From contig CAWIAD010000002.1 in NCBI GenBank assembly GCA_963833985.1, positions 3,552,001-3,616,000 on the forward strand: DNA of 64,000 nt. Direction: 5' to 3'. The stretch comes from an uncultured Planctomycetaceae bacterium. Its GTDB lineage: Bacteria > Planctomycetota > Planctomycetia > Isosphaerales > Isosphaeraceae. Below, one piece after another: positions 11,493-21,662 of the stretch. Below the pieces are notes generated by a model. It had not been told where the DNA came from, ran no database searches, and was given only the letters and a program-made list of their open reading frames with translations. Made by a program: the position numbers and the translations under genes. Position 1 is the first letter of the stretch. The number at the start of each line of letters is the position of its first letter.

Positions 11493-12446
11493 TCAGCGGA
11501 GACGTCGCCAGCCTCCAGTTGTGCGGCCGATCTTGCCGGTGCGCTCCAGTGACTCCAGTACCGTCCCTAAACGCTCGTTCTTCACCGCCAGCGAATCACG
11601 CAGGCTCGCTCGCGTAAGCACTCGGCCTTGAGCCAGAAGATTCAGCACTTGCCCTTCGAGGTCGCGCCCGTTCCGATCATCAGGCGCTGCGATGACCTCC
11701 AGGTGAGCTGTCCCCGCGTCGGTGGCGACCAGCTCCAGATAAACAGGCGCTACTGCCGGCGCCGACCGGTGCTCGCTGGAGAGGATCAGGTGCTCCTTCG
11801 TGCGCTGGAGATACAGGTTCGAGTCGCCGAAGGCATGTATGTCACCCGACCCACGCAGGCCCTGACCGGCGGCAACACCGTCCGCGGCGTTCTTCCGCGT
11901 GTGATGCACCAGCAGAACCGCCAGGCCAAGCTGACGCTGCAACGACCGCAGATACCCGAGTAATTCGGCGACGTCGCCAGCATGATTCTCGTCGATGCCG
12001 TGAAGTCGCACCAGGGGATCCAGCACCAGCAGCCGAGGCCGAAGCCCCCGCACTGTCTCCCACAGCCGCGTGCGGTCTCGATCGTGATCGAGCCGGAGCA
12101 CCGGGACCGTGATCACGTGGATCGACACCTCGTCGAGATCCAGACCGCGATGCCGGGCCATTCCCTCGATACGTTCGCGCACAGCCCGCAGCGCATCCTC
12201 AGCCAGGTAAACCAGAACCGGTCCCGGCTCCGGTACGGCATACTTGCCCAGGCATGGTGTGCCCGTGGCTACGGAGAGGGCCATGTCCAGCCCCAGCCAC
12301 GTCTTGGCGCACTTCGGAGCGCCGCCGATGACGCCCACCGCGTGGGCACACCAGAGCTGCTCCACCAGCCATCGCTCCGCGAGCTCATCGCTGGGAAGCT
12401 CGGCCACACGCACCACCGGAAGCACTTGCTCGCCACTGGTCGCCAT
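11493..12446 (-). CDS. AAA_25 / RecA-RepA-like ATPase with C-terminal wHTH
   Basis: Variant Walker A GGAPKCAKT, YLAED, Walker B LLVLDP, DEN, LLVHHTRK and LRGSG; start MATSGEQ at 12446. Confidence 0.85.
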   Translation of the reverse strand: MATSGEQVLPVVRVAELPSDELAERWLVEQLWCAHAVGVIGGAPKCAKTWLGLDMALSVATGTPCLGKYAVPEPGPVLVYLAEDALRAVRERIEGMARHRGLDLDEVSIHVITVPVLRLDHDRDRTRLWETVRGLRPRLLVLDPLVRLHGIDENHAGDVAELLGYLRSLQRQLGLAVLLVHHTRKNAADGVAAGQGLRGSGDIHAFGDSNLYLQRTKEHLILSSEHRSAPAVAPVYLELVATDAGTAHLEVIAAPDDRNGRDLEGQVLNLLAQGRVLTRASLRDSLAVKNERLGTVLESLERTGKIGRTTGGWRRLR

Positions 12447-12468
12447 CGTCACACCTTCGCTTTCTTCT

Positions 12469-13293
12469 TCAGCGCGGGCGCGGGCCTCGCGGCTGATAGA
12501 CCTCGAGGTAGCACTTCTCGTCAAGCTGCCCGATTTCGTGCGCCATGCCATGGGCCAAGAGCTCACCTCCCATAATCATGAGCAAACGGTAGTTCCCCGC
12601 GCTGTGGTCGACCAGTGTCTCTGCGAGCTGGGGCGTCATGAGCGCGGCATTGCCGGCCTTGGCCAGCGCGTGTTGAAGCAACTCCAGGAGCTCTTCGCGG
12701 GTGGCGGGCTCGGTGACCAGTCGCGTGCGAATCCGGGTGCCCAGGGGCACCAGATCTTCGTGCCGCAACAGTTCCAGCAGTCGTTCATCTCCCGAGAGGA
12801 TCACGGTCAAAAGCGACGTGGCATCGAAGTCGGCGCTGGAGAGAATACGCAGCTCGCAGAGGACCTCAGGGCTCATCTCCTGGGCTTCGTCGATCAGCAG
12901 CACCGGGCGGATCCGCGAGGAGGCCACGTGGGCTTTCCACCGCTCGCGGAGCGCCTTGAACCCGCACCAGCGATTGTGCGGTGCCAGCTTCACCGCGAAG
13001 ATGTCCCCCAGCTCCCGATAGAAGTCGGGGCTCTTCGACTGGGGTCGCTCGATCACACCGACGGTGACATCCCGCAGCGCCGCCAGCCGCCCGGCCACAA
13101 TCCGCAGCGCCACCGATTTGCCGGTGCCCGACTCACCCGTGATCAGCGCGAAGCCTCCTTCCTGGACCAGCTGTTCCACGCGCCAGGCAAATTGCTCGAT
13201 CCTGGGGGGCGCCAGCAGTGCTTCGGGAGGAAGCTCGGGTGAAAACGGGTTCCATTTCAGCCCATAGAGTGCCAGCAGTTTCTTGCTATTCAT
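12469..13293 (-). CDS. ExeA/IstB-like AAA ATPase (transposition helper)
   Basis: YGLKWNPF, Walker A GESGTGKS, Walker B LLIDEAQ; start overlaps the transposase stop (ATGA). Confidence 0.9.
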   Translation of the reverse strand: MNSKKLLALYGLKWNPFSPELPPEALLAPPRIEQFAWRVEQLVQEGGFALITGESGTGKSVALRIVAGRLAALRDVTVGVIERPQSKSPDFYRELGDIFAVKLAPHNRWCGFKALRERWKAHVASSRIRPVLLIDEAQEMSPEVLCELRILSSADFDATSLLTVILSGDERLLELLRHEDLVPLGTRIRTRLVTEPATREELLELLQHALAKAGNAALMTPQLAETLVDHSAGNYRLLMIMGGELLAHGMAHEIGQLDEKCYLEVYQPRGPRPR

Positions 13294-14766
13294 GAGGGTT
13301 CTCCGTTGTCTTTCGGGGATGTCCTGGGCAAATAGGCCGGCGGCATGCCCGTGGCCGAGTACTCCTGGAGGATCCTTTTCAGGAGGGGTGGCAGTTCGCC
13401 GGCGTCGCGCCGCTGCTCTGGGGACGGCACCTCGGTGCCACCGGACCCGGTTACGGCCCGGCGGCCGTCGGCGTTGGCGGCTTTGTCGAGGGGATAAATG
13501 GGAGCCAGGACGGTTCCACTTTGCTCGTCGACCAGATCGATCCGGCCGAGGTCCCAGCGGGCGTAACGGACGGTCACTGCGCGGAAGTGACGGTACCTTG
13601 CCGGAATCTCGAAGCGCCTCCCCTCCAGTGAGATGGTGCCGTCGCTTTGACGCTGGCTCCTCTTGGTCTCCAGGCGGAATGCCGCACGCAGCGCTACACT
13701 CGAAGGGCTCGAGCGAAGCACATCGGGGGCCTTGGCGAAGCGGTCGACCGGCGAGCTGCCGGTCTCGCGGTGCACGGCGCGGTTGTACTCAATTTCCATC
13801 CAGGCCTGGGTTGCCTCATTGAGCAATTCCAGGGTCAATTCCCTGACACCATCGAGCATCTTCATGAGCCGCCCCTCGAGCGTGCCCCAGAACGCCTCCT
13901 GCTTGCCGTTTTGATACGGGCTATAAGGGAGCGTTCGCTCTGCGACGATGCCCAGACGCAAGAGCCCTTCGGTGACTTCCTCGGCCACCATCGCGGAGCC
14001 GTTATCGGTCAACAGCGCGCGCGGCAGGCCCCGTTTCTGGATCGCCTGGGAGAGTCCGTGCACCAGGTCCTCGGCGGTCTCCGAGAGATACCACTGAACG
14101 TGGCAGCACAGTCGTGAGTGGTCATCGAGGATGCCCAGCGCGATTGGCCGCAGCCACTGGCCGCCGGGAGTGAGCACCTTGAGCGATCCGTGGTGGAAAT
14201 CGAGATGCCAGAGCGCTCCGACATGGGTGGCTTCGTAGCTGCGGATTTCCCGTGTCTGACGCCTCTCTTGGGCGCGGACTTCGCCAGGGCGTCCGCCGGG
14301 CCGGAGCCTCGGTCTGCGCACCAGGCCGTGAGCCTGCATGAAACGCTTGATCGTGGAATAGGAGGGGAGCCGCCCCAGTGAGGGATCGGCCTTCAAGAGC
14401 GCGGCGAGGTTGTCGTAGTGCAGTTGATAGCTCCAGTCCGTGTGATCGCGATACTGGAGATGGAGTCGCTCGGCGAGGGTCGCCGCCAGCGAGATCTTTC
14501 CGCAGTCTTTCCGCACGGCACGACGCAAGGCGGCGACCGGGTCGTCAGGCTGGTGGAGCGCCGTGTAGTACCAGCGCGCGATGGTGGCGGCCGCGACGCG
14601 GACATCGCGCCCCGTCACAGGATGCGACCAGGTCTTTTCGGCAAGGGAGCAGATCGCTGTCTGAAGCGATCCGCGCAGGGGGAGAGCTCAGGAGCGAGCC
14701 CACCACGGAGAACCGAAACCGTGCCCACAAGGCAGCGGTTGAACAGGGGTGTCTTTGAGTCATCAC
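13290..14766 (-). pseudogene. DDE (rve-type) transposase with Mu-like C-terminal domain; frameshift near 14675
   Basis: LWHLDFHH, ILDDHSR, TDNGSAM, NGKQEAFW and YNRAVHRE. The N-terminus WARFRFSVVGSLLSSPPAR (ORF 14545..14766) switches frame to GSLQTAICSLAEKTWSHPVTGR. Confidence 0.85.
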
Positions 14767-14859
14767 ATCTCCTCACAAGTCGGGTGAAGGGACCGTGACA
14801 ACCTCTATAAATCGGCGGATCAAAATCGGCGACGAGCATCTTCTGCGGGTGGAAAGCGA

Positions 14860-15444
14860 TCATCGCGAGACCTCGATTCGCAGGCCGCCGGGGATCGTGA
14901 TCGGTGCGAGAAACCGCAGCAGGAGCGTCCACCCTTTGCAGATGCGATGGCGGGAGAGGAAGGCGTCGACAAGTGAGTAGGGAAGGGAGAGGATCTCCAG
15001 GACCGGCACCAACCGGGCGCCTGCAACCTTCCAGAATGGTGTCTGAGGAAAGCGTTCGCGCCAGAAGACCTGCCAGCGGGCGATGGTCCGGCGGTCGGCG
15101 CCGAAGCGTGTGGAAAGCTCGCGGACGCGGCGTGGCGAGGGTCCCTGCCGCATGGCGCTGATGAGGATCACGATCGCGCCCAGGTAGACCTTGCGGCCCA
15201 GGAAGCGCACCGACGGCGGTGTGACTCTCTTCCTGCAGCCCTCACGATCGCAGCAGAAGCTCAGTCTGAGGCATTCTTGCTCGGGTAGCTGGACGGCAGT
15301 GCCGCGTGGCTTGCGGAGATAGTTGGCGGCGTGCAGGCGGCCGCCACATGAACATGCTTGCTTGCGGGTTTCCTCTGCGAGATGCTGGTCGACAGCCCAA
15401 AGAAACGACCAGAGCCTGGCGGTCCGGGGTAAATCATGATACAT
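14860..15444 (-). CDS. Cys-rich transposon-associated protein with HTH-like C-terminus
   Basis: CSCGGRLH..NY.RKPRG, SFCC..EGCRKR.TPPSVRFLGRKVY and DRRTIARW; first gene of the element; GGAG precedes ATG 15444. Confidence 0.75.
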   Translation of the reverse strand: MYHDLPRTARLWSFLWAVDQHLAEETRKQACSCGGRLHAANYLRKPRGTAVQLPEQECLRLSFCCDREGCRKRVTPPSVRFLGRKVYLGAIVILISAMRQGPSPRRVRELSTRFGADRRTIARWQVFWRERFPQTPFWKVAGARLVPVLEILSLPYSLVDAFLSRHRICKGWTLLLRFLAPITIPGGLRIEVSR

Positions 15445-15949
15445 GGTCGAGTACTCCGCTGTTGTGGTAAACCACGGAGTACACCCCTCGGGAAGCTTGA
15501 TCAAGTGACCAGGCTCTTCGAGGGGAATTTTGTTGGTACCCTCAGCGATGTTGCTCAGGAATCGCTGATTTCGCGTCGCTTAGCCTGCTCACGCACACTT
15601 GTCCCCGTGAACGATTCTGCGACCCCTCTTGACTTGTGCTTCGCTCAGGGTAGCCTCGACGCCGCTTGGACATAACCTCGAAAGGAGATCTCGTCTTCTT
15701 GGAAGTCGAGTTGCATGATCCACCTCCTTTGGCAGAAATCGGATCGGGAAGCTGAGGGAACAAGTGCAGTATGCACCATCCCCAAGGTAGACAATGTGAA
15801 GAGCGTCAAGGTTCGGGGCGTGGGTTCGTCGCCGGAGTGCCGATCGGTTCAACGGCTCCACAGGCAAACTCTGCATTGTGCTCGGCTCTTTCTTTCGCCG
15901 ACCCCTTTCGACCCACATTACCATACAGAGGTTGGACTACCCCTTGAGC

Positions 15950-16354
15950 ATGCTTCGACGACGTAATCCACTGGTCCAGATGATCCTGATCGCCTTGGTT
16001 TCCGCTCTGGGTATCGGTTCCCGCCGTTACGCCCACAACTTGCCAGGATTCATCGCCATCTAAGCCGGGGACACACTCTGGGCACTGGCGGCGTTCCTCG
16101 GCTTCGGGCTGGTGTTGCCCAGGCAGTCAACCTGGAAGGTGGCTGCCTTTGCAATGACATTCTCTGTCTTGATTGAACTCAGCCAGTTGTACCATGCCCC
16201 CTGGATCGACTCGATCCGCCGCACGACGCTGGGTGGGTTGATCCTGGGGTTCGGATTCCTTTGGAGCGACCTTGCCTGCTACGCTCTTGGCGTGTTGCTC
16301 GGCATATTGATCGAACGACTCGCTCTGGGTGTTCGGATTCAATGGAGGTCGTGA
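15950..16354 (+). pseudogene. DUF2809-like membrane protein with premature TAA (16061-16063)
   Basis: One frame reads ...LGIGSRRY..PGFIAI*AGDTLWA...IELSQLYHAPWIDSIR.T.LGGLILG.GFLWSDL.CY; the stop sits where the family has Y in YAGD.LWA. Confidence 0.8.
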
Positions 16355-16359
16355 CCGTG

Positions 16360-17811
16360 ATGAACCCAATCCTCGCCGCCCTGGTCCTCCTGTCACTCCC
16401 CACCTCTTCCGACCCTGTGGTTGCGAGCCCCTTCACACAACGCGGCTACTACATCACGTTCATGCGGATGCCGACCTACGACTTGGCTGACTGGAAGAGG
16501 ATCGTGGATGGCATCCATGACGACAGCGGTAACACGCTGCTGCTTTGGGTCGCCGGGGCGTTTCGATCGAAGAAGTACCCGATCACGTGGAGGTACAATC
16601 AGGAGCATGAGAACCTCCGTCACGATTTCGTGCGGGACTTGATCGACCACGCCCATACCAGGGGTATCAAGGTGCTCCTGGGCTTCACTCCGTTCGGCTA
16701 CGACGGCGTGAATCAATACCCACTGGAGCACCCAGAGACGAGAGCCGTTGGCAAGGACGGCAAACCCATCGGCTTGGCAGGCATTGGCTGCTGGGGCTAC
16801 AACCTGTGCCCGTCAAAGCCCGAGTCGCAGCGATTCATGCTGGACTACGTTCGCGAGATGCTCCGCTTCTATCCCAACGCCGATGGGCTGATGATCGAAT
16901 CATCCGACTACGCCATCTGCCACTGCAAAGACTGTGGACCCCACTTCTTCGACAAGGAGTTCGCCTTCGTAAAGCAGATGTCCGAGGACGTGTGGTCCAA
17001 GAAGCTAGACGCCATGATCGTCGTCTACCCCCACTACTTCTCAGGGACCGACGTGCCTGGCTTCGGCGTCAAAGCGGCGAAGCAGGAATTCGACCCTCGT
17101 TGGACATTGTTCTTCACCCCGCACAGCGCCCACCTTGACCCCGTGTTGATCAAGCAAGCCAGACGCAGCCTGTGGTGGGACGACTCACCGGCTCTGAGGA
17201 GTCCGAAGGATATCCAGCAGGGTGCCACGCGAGCCAGGGACGCAGGTGTGACTGGCTATGTCCCGTCTTTGGAGGCTTACAGTTTCGTCGCCACCGTTGC
17301 CGAGGAGGGTCAGGCGTGGCTCAAGGGAAGGAGGCAGATACCTCTCGGGTTCGGCTGGCTTGCCCCCGGAGACCCGCCCTACGATGAGCTTCCCATGCGG
17401 GTCAACCGTATCGCCTACCGGGAGTTCAGCCGCAACCCCGATCTGCCGTTTGAGCGATTCAAGGAGATCCTGCGTCGGGAGACTTTTGGCGAGGCATCTA
17501 CCCCTCAATTGGTCGATGACCTTTTGACGCTCCAGGCGGTCTTCGCCACGGAGCGGACTTGGTGCCAGCCCTCACCCCTGGTTTGCCCTGAGCGGGTGCG
17601 AGCGATGAAGGACAAAGGGGAACTCACTGGGGTGAAGCTCGACGGGTACCGCAGGGCGCTGGATCAACTCCGTGCCATCGAAGGAAGACACCGAGCGCCG
17701 AGGTCGGAGGGTGAGAAAGAGCTACATCGGATTTCCCGCTGGGTGCTCGATCGGTGGACCGAGGAGAATCAGAAGCTCCTGGTCTCACCCACCGACCAAA
17801 GGAAGGACTGA
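16360..17811 (+). CDS. Secreted TIM-barrel glycoside-hydrolase-like protein of unknown family
   Basis: Hydrophobic signal-like N-terminus; DFVRDLIDHAHTRGIKVLLGF, LCPS.PE and DGLMIESSD...CHCKDC. Confidence 0.6.
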   Translation: MNPILAALVLLSLPTSSDPVVASPFTQRGYYITFMRMPTYDLADWKRIVDGIHDDSGNTLLLWVAGAFRSKKYPITWRYNQEHENLRHDFVRDLIDHAHTRGIKVLLGFTPFGYDGVNQYPLEHPETRAVGKDGKPIGLAGIGCWGYNLCPSKPESQRFMLDYVREMLRFYPNADGLMIESSDYAICHCKDCGPHFFDKEFAFVKQMSEDVWSKKLDAMIVVYPHYFSGTDVPGFGVKAAKQEFDPRWTLFFTPHSAHLDPVLIKQARRSLWWDDSPALRSPKDIQQGATRARDAGVTGYVPSLEAYSFVATVAEEGQAWLKGRRQIPLGFGWLAPGDPPYDELPMRVNRIAYREFSRNPDLPFERFKEILRRETFGEASTPQLVDDLLTLQAVFATERTWCQPSPLVCPERVRAMKDKGELTGVKLDGYRRALDQLRAIEGRHRAPRSEGEKELHRISRWVLDRWTEENQKLLVSPTDQRKD

Positions 17812-17820
17812 GCCTCACCG

Positions 17821-18459
17821 ATGCCCAGGCAAAACCGTGTTACACCACTCGGAGAGATCATCGCCTGCCGTGAACGCGGGACGATGTTGGGTAACCGGGG
17901 CATCCTCCACGACGAGAGTGGGAACATACGGCGATCCTGGAGCGGGAGGCGATGGCTGATATGTCAGTTGGAATTCAGGGGGCGGCGTAGGACAATCATG
18001 GCACCTCACCGCTACACGGAACTCTTCTTCCTCGACGAAGCCACGGGGCTCGCTGCTGGTCATCGTCCCTGCTTCGAGTGCCAACGACGAAGGTACTACG
18101 AATTCCGTGCTGTCTGGGCAGCGGGCAACCTTTACGATCAATCAATCAGCCCTCTCAGTGCGGGCGAGATTGATATGCGGCTGCATGCCGACCGACTCGA
18201 CGCGAGCCGCTCCAAACGAGTCTTCCAGGCGAACCTCGATGATTTGCCCAGTGGGGTCTTCATTAGTAAGGACGGAAGAACAGACCAAGCTCTACTCATC
18301 CAAGGCGATTCCCTGCTCGTGTGGTCTCCAGGAGGGTATCGGGACCGTCTACGCCGAAGGAAGCATGAAGTTGTTTCGGTGCTCACGCCAAGGTCCACAG
18401 TGGCAGCGATCCGAGCGGGGTTCATCCCCGAGATTCATCCGTCAGCGGCTCTGGCTTGA
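17821..18459 (+). CDS. Conserved hypothetical protein with Ada-like AAGHRPCxxC motif
   Basis: QNRVTP.G, GNRG.LH and YTELFFLDEAT.LAAGHRPCFECQR; starts 10 bp after the preceding gene. Confidence 0.75.
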   Translation: MPRQNRVTPLGEIIACRERGTMLGNRGILHDESGNIRRSWSGRRWLICQLEFRGRRRTIMAPHRYTELFFLDEATGLAAGHRPCFECQRRRYYEFRAVWAAGNLYDQSISPLSAGEIDMRLHADRLDASRSKRVFQANLDDLPSGVFISKDGRTDQALLIQGDSLLVWSPGGYRDRLRRRKHEVVSVLTPRSTVAAIRAGFIPEIHPSAALA

Positions 18460-18494
18460 TGACTCATATTCGCTTACCGAGTATGGTACTTTCG

Positions 18495-19247
18495 TCACAG
18501 CTTGAAGAAGAGCCCCATGAAGATCGCCACTCCGAGCCAGCAACCGACTGGGACGAAGATCGCCGCCAGATAAGCTCGAACTCGTCCCCGGCGATCGATT
18601 GGAGGTTGTGGCAAGTATTTGCCGACGACCGCGATGCCCGGCAGGATGAGCAGCAGGTAAGAGACGATCGAGAGTGGGATGATCCAGATCAGCAGCAGCG
18701 GGGCATGGGCGAATCTTGGGATGACGAAAGCTTCAGCCAGCCACCCGGAGAACCCGCAGAGAATCAGCGACTCCCGGACCTCAAGACCGGCGAACCTCAA
18801 GACCAGAGCACTGCCGAGCGACCAGCCCATTAGTACCGCCACTCCAACAAAGAACTCTGGGAAGAAACGTGTTCGGCTCTCCCACATCCCCGTCCGTGTC
18901 AAGTAGCAAAGAGCTTCTTCGAGGATGCACATCGCCAGGCTGAGCACACGGAAGAATTGCCAACTGTGTGGTTTCTTTATCGGCAGCCTTGCGACGGCAG
19001 GAACCAAGCTGACAACTACCACGCCTCCACCGACGCACCAGAGGCTCCAGTACGCCCAGCCTGGTGGTGGTCGGAACTCTGGGAGATGGATCGAGGTGAC
19101 GAGACCACCGACGATCCAGCCGAGGTTTCCGACGAACCACACGGTCAACCATCGAACAGCGGGAACAACCCAGCCGTGTTGTTCTGGCAAGCGGATGGCG
19201 TCCGAGAGACGGGTAATGAGATCGTGCCGGGGGCTCGGCTCAGTCAT
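18495..19247 (-). CDS. Multi-pass membrane hypothetical protein
   Basis: About seven hydrophobic segments, with an EEAL motif. Confidence 0.65.
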   Translation of the reverse strand: MTEPSPRHDLITRLSDAIRLPEQHGWVVPAVRWLTVWFVGNLGWIVGGLVTSIHLPEFRPPPGWAYWSLWCVGGGVVVVSLVPAVARLPIKKPHSWQFFRVLSLAMCILEEALCYLTRTGMWESRTRFFPEFFVGVAVLMGWSLGSALVLRFAGLEVRESLILCGFSGWLAEAFVIPRFAHAPLLLIWIIPLSIVSYLLLILPGIAVVGKYLPQPPIDRRGRVRAYLAAIFVPVGCWLGVAIFMGLFFKL

Positions 19248-19314
19248 GGGTCTCAAACTTGAGTGGGCAGTGGGTAGACCAGTCAAGGGCGTTTCGTTGC
19301 CCCAGTAAGGGATT

Positions 19315-19929
19315 CTACTTCACAGCTATTCCCCGGTACATCGATCCCACGATCCTGGGCGTACGGTCAAGCAGGAACCTCTCAACTTGGACATCACGGA
19401 ATGCCCCCGATTTGACGAGGGCTTCGATATCCACATCCAGGCGACAGCCACCTGCGATCCGCTTCTGAAGGGGCGTGAGGCGACGTTGCCAGTGCTGAAT
19501 GCGGGGTTCTTCGCTCAGCCCGTGCTCCACGTACAAGAACCGTCCTCCAGCCCTGAGCACGCGACTGATCTCGGCGACCGCCCGCCTGGCATCCGGGATG
19601 CTGCACAGCGTCCAGGTGCTCACCACGTAGTCGAAGCTCCCGTCCTCGAATGGAAGTTCCTCGGCGGATTGGACGCTAAGGTCCACGTTGATGTCGCACC
19701 GCTCGATCCTACGCCGGGCGATGCGTGCCATCCCCTCCCCAGGATCAATCGCCGCAAGGTGACGGACGTGCTCCGGGTAATGCTCCAGGTTGAGCCCCGT
19801 CCCGAAGCCGATCTCCAGGATCTCCCCGTCCACCTCGGTGAGCGTCTCGCTGCGGAGCCGCTCGATGCGGGGATTACGCATGCTCCAGTCGCAGAGCCGG
19901 GGGAGGAGCAGGCGGGAGTAGATGCCCAT
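19315..19929 (-). CDS. Class I SAM-dependent methyltransferase
   Basis: ILEIGFGTGLN, AEELPFEDGSFDYVVSTWTLCSI and RVLRAGGRFLYVEHG. Confidence 0.9.
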   Translation of the reverse strand: MGIYSRLLLPRLCDWSMRNPRIERLRSETLTEVDGEILEIGFGTGLNLEHYPEHVRHLAAIDPGEGMARIARRRIERCDINVDLSVQSAEELPFEDGSFDYVVSTWTLCSIPDARRAVAEISRVLRAGGRFLYVEHGLSEEPRIQHWQRRLTPLQKRIAGGCRLDVDIEALVKSGAFRDVQVERFLLDRTPRIVGSMYRGIAVK

Positions 19930-19991
19930 CGCATTATGCCTCATGCACCTCGACCGGCAGAGCAAAGAGGTCTGTCTCGATCAGCATGATC

Positions 19992-20729
19992 TCAACGTGA
20001 GCACTCGATCCCCACAACCGGGGGATGATCCAGGAAGTCCCGCCAATAATCGGGTTCATGCCCCACGTCGGCAATGGGTGAGATCCGGGGGCGGTGCCAT
20101 CGCACATCCACGAAGCCCGCCGACCGCAACGCCTCTTCGTAAGCCGTGGCGGGTAGCCAGTAGTTCTCGACCTCAACCGGACCCTCGTCGAGATGAAACA
20201 CCAAGGTGAAGGGCTGCCCCTCATGCGGTTCAGACGATCCACGGACCTCGAACCCGTACTTCAGATATGTCCCTCCTCTCTCGAATTCGATACTAGGGTT
20301 GGAGTTCATGGTCACGAACCGCCCGCCCGGCTTGAGGCACCTGACAATGCTTTGGACCATCGCTTCCAGGTCTTCTCTGCTCTGTGAGTAGTTCAGCAGA
20401 TAAGCTGCTGTTGCCACGTCGAATTCAACCGGCAAAGAGAGCGAGCGACAGTCCTGGACAAGATACTCAAGCCCGAGCGGGTGCTCTGCCTCTTGGGCTC
20501 GTGCCAGGGCGATCATCCCCTCCGACCGATCGACTCCCACAACCTTCGCCGCCCCCAAGCTCGGGAGCATCCTAGTATCGCGCCCTTCGCCGCATGCTAG
20601 ATCGACCACTGCTTTCCCCGTGAGATCTCCCAGCATGCCGAAGAACGTGAACGCCTCGATGTGCCCCCGCCAGGTCTGGCGCGTCACCCCCTGATACTGC
20701 CCCGCGATTACGTCGTAGTCGGTTGGCAT
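19992..20729 (-). CDS. Class I SAM-dependent methyltransferase
   Basis: VVDLACGEG, GVD.SEGMI, AAYLLNY and LKPGGRF. Confidence 0.9.
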   Translation of the reverse strand: MPTDYDVIAGQYQGVTRQTWRGHIEAFTFFGMLGDLTGKAVVDLACGEGRDTRMLPSLGAAKVVGVDRSEGMIALARAQEAEHPLGLEYLVQDCRSLSLPVEFDVATAAYLLNYSQSREDLEAMVQSIVRCLKPGGRFVTMNSNPSIEFERGGTYLKYGFEVRGSSEPHEGQPFTLVFHLDEGPVEVENYWLPATAYEEALRSAGFVDVRWHRPRISPIADVGHEPDYWRDFLDHPPVVGIECSR

Positions 20730-20853
20730 TTTCAGCACTCTCCCACGCACTCGGTAGAGTTGGTCGTCCCCAGGGCATCTTACCCAAGGACAATGAGGTT
20801 AGGGGGGGCATTGATTCCTCTAGGCGATCACGTCGTTGAGAGATTGCAGATGA

Positions 20854-21438
20854 TCAGCGACTTTGTTTAGGCAAGACTCGGAAGACGAGTTCTGAAGATC
20901 GGAAACCAGCGCCCTTCCAGGAAACGCGGTAGATTGCGGGCTCTTTGAACTGGTCCCCGAGAGGGCAATCGAATTGAAGGCTCTCTCCAGGCGGCAACGC
21001 TCTGAAACGAGCGCCCTTCTGGACGCTGCCGAGGATCACCCCAGAGTCGCTGAGTTCCTTCCCGTTGATGACGATCTGGGACTCCAGGATCTTCGGGTCG
21101 ATCACCTGGTCGCCGTCGTTGACCAAGGTGAACTCGATTCTCAGGTCTTGTGATTGACCTGCTTTGAAGATGGGATGGTTGACGCTCAATCCCGCCCAGA
21201 GGCTTCCCGCGTTCTTCTGGTCGGCGGTGCCGGGCTTGGCGGCAGCCTGGGCTAAAGACGCAGCCCTCTCGTCAGCCAGAGCCCTGGCAAGCTCAGCGTG
21301 AGCTACCGCCAGATTCATAGCCACCGCCTGACGGAACGTCCATACGACGAGGGCGAGCGGGAGGGAGCACAACGCCACAGCGACCATGAGCGTCCTGGTT
21401 GAGACTCGGAATCGGCGTTGACCGGCAGGTTCAACCAT
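20854..21438 (-). CDS. Membrane-anchored hypothetical protein with Ig-like C-terminal domain
   Basis: RRFRVSTRTLMVAVAL N-terminal anchor followed by a beta-rich domain (L.PGESL.F, F.EP.IYRVSW). Confidence 0.65.
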   Translation of the reverse strand: MVEPAGQRRFRVSTRTLMVAVALCSLPLALVVWTFRQAVAMNLAVAHAELARALADERAASLAQAAAKPGTADQKNAGSLWAGLSVNHPIFKAGQSQDLRIEFTLVNDGDQVIDPKILESQIVINGKELSDSGVILGSVQKGARFRALPPGESLQFDCPLGDQFKEPAIYRVSWKGAGFRSSELVFRVLPKQSR

Positions 21439-21662
21439 GAATGCCCCCTTATCGCAGCAGGCGACGAAATCACGCTCAATTACAACGTCGGCGTTCGCAT
21501 CGTTCTACCGACCTCCGGGAGCGAAGAGAGGATTAGCCGCTCCATTCAGTCGTCATCAGTATTCTGAGCATGGGGTTGAAGGATGTCAGCCGCCGATGCT
21601 GGCAAGTTGTCAAAGTAGATCGCCATTCCCGCCAAACAGTCCCAGGTTCGATTGCACTTCGA

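Larger units (their letters stand above)
11373..15597 (-). mobile_element. Four-gene transposon (Cys-rich ORF, DDE transposase, ExeA-like AAA ATPase, AAA_25/RecA-like ATPase)
   Basis: The end at 11373 starts TGAGAGTG, has internal repeats GATAATCG(A/G)TGG at 11386 and 11410, and coincides with the integrase truncation. A candidate opposite end reads TGTGCGTG... inward from 15597 (15/25 match). No target duplication was found, so the 15597 end is tentative. Confidence 0.7.

Noticed and set aside
11373..11631. C-terminal part of ORF 10792..11631
   Set aside because: Read-through into the transposon end and antisense to the AAA_25 gene; the GRDNRW/GQDNRW repeat is a DNA repeat.
12244..13242. 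332-aa plus-strand ORF
   Set aside because: Antisense to the ExeA-like ATPase; typical high-GC shadow ORF.
16061..16063. Recoded stop in the DUF2809-like gene
   Set aside because: TAA at a Tyr position is one substitution from TAC/TAT and TAA is not normally recoded; treated as a nonsense mutation or error.
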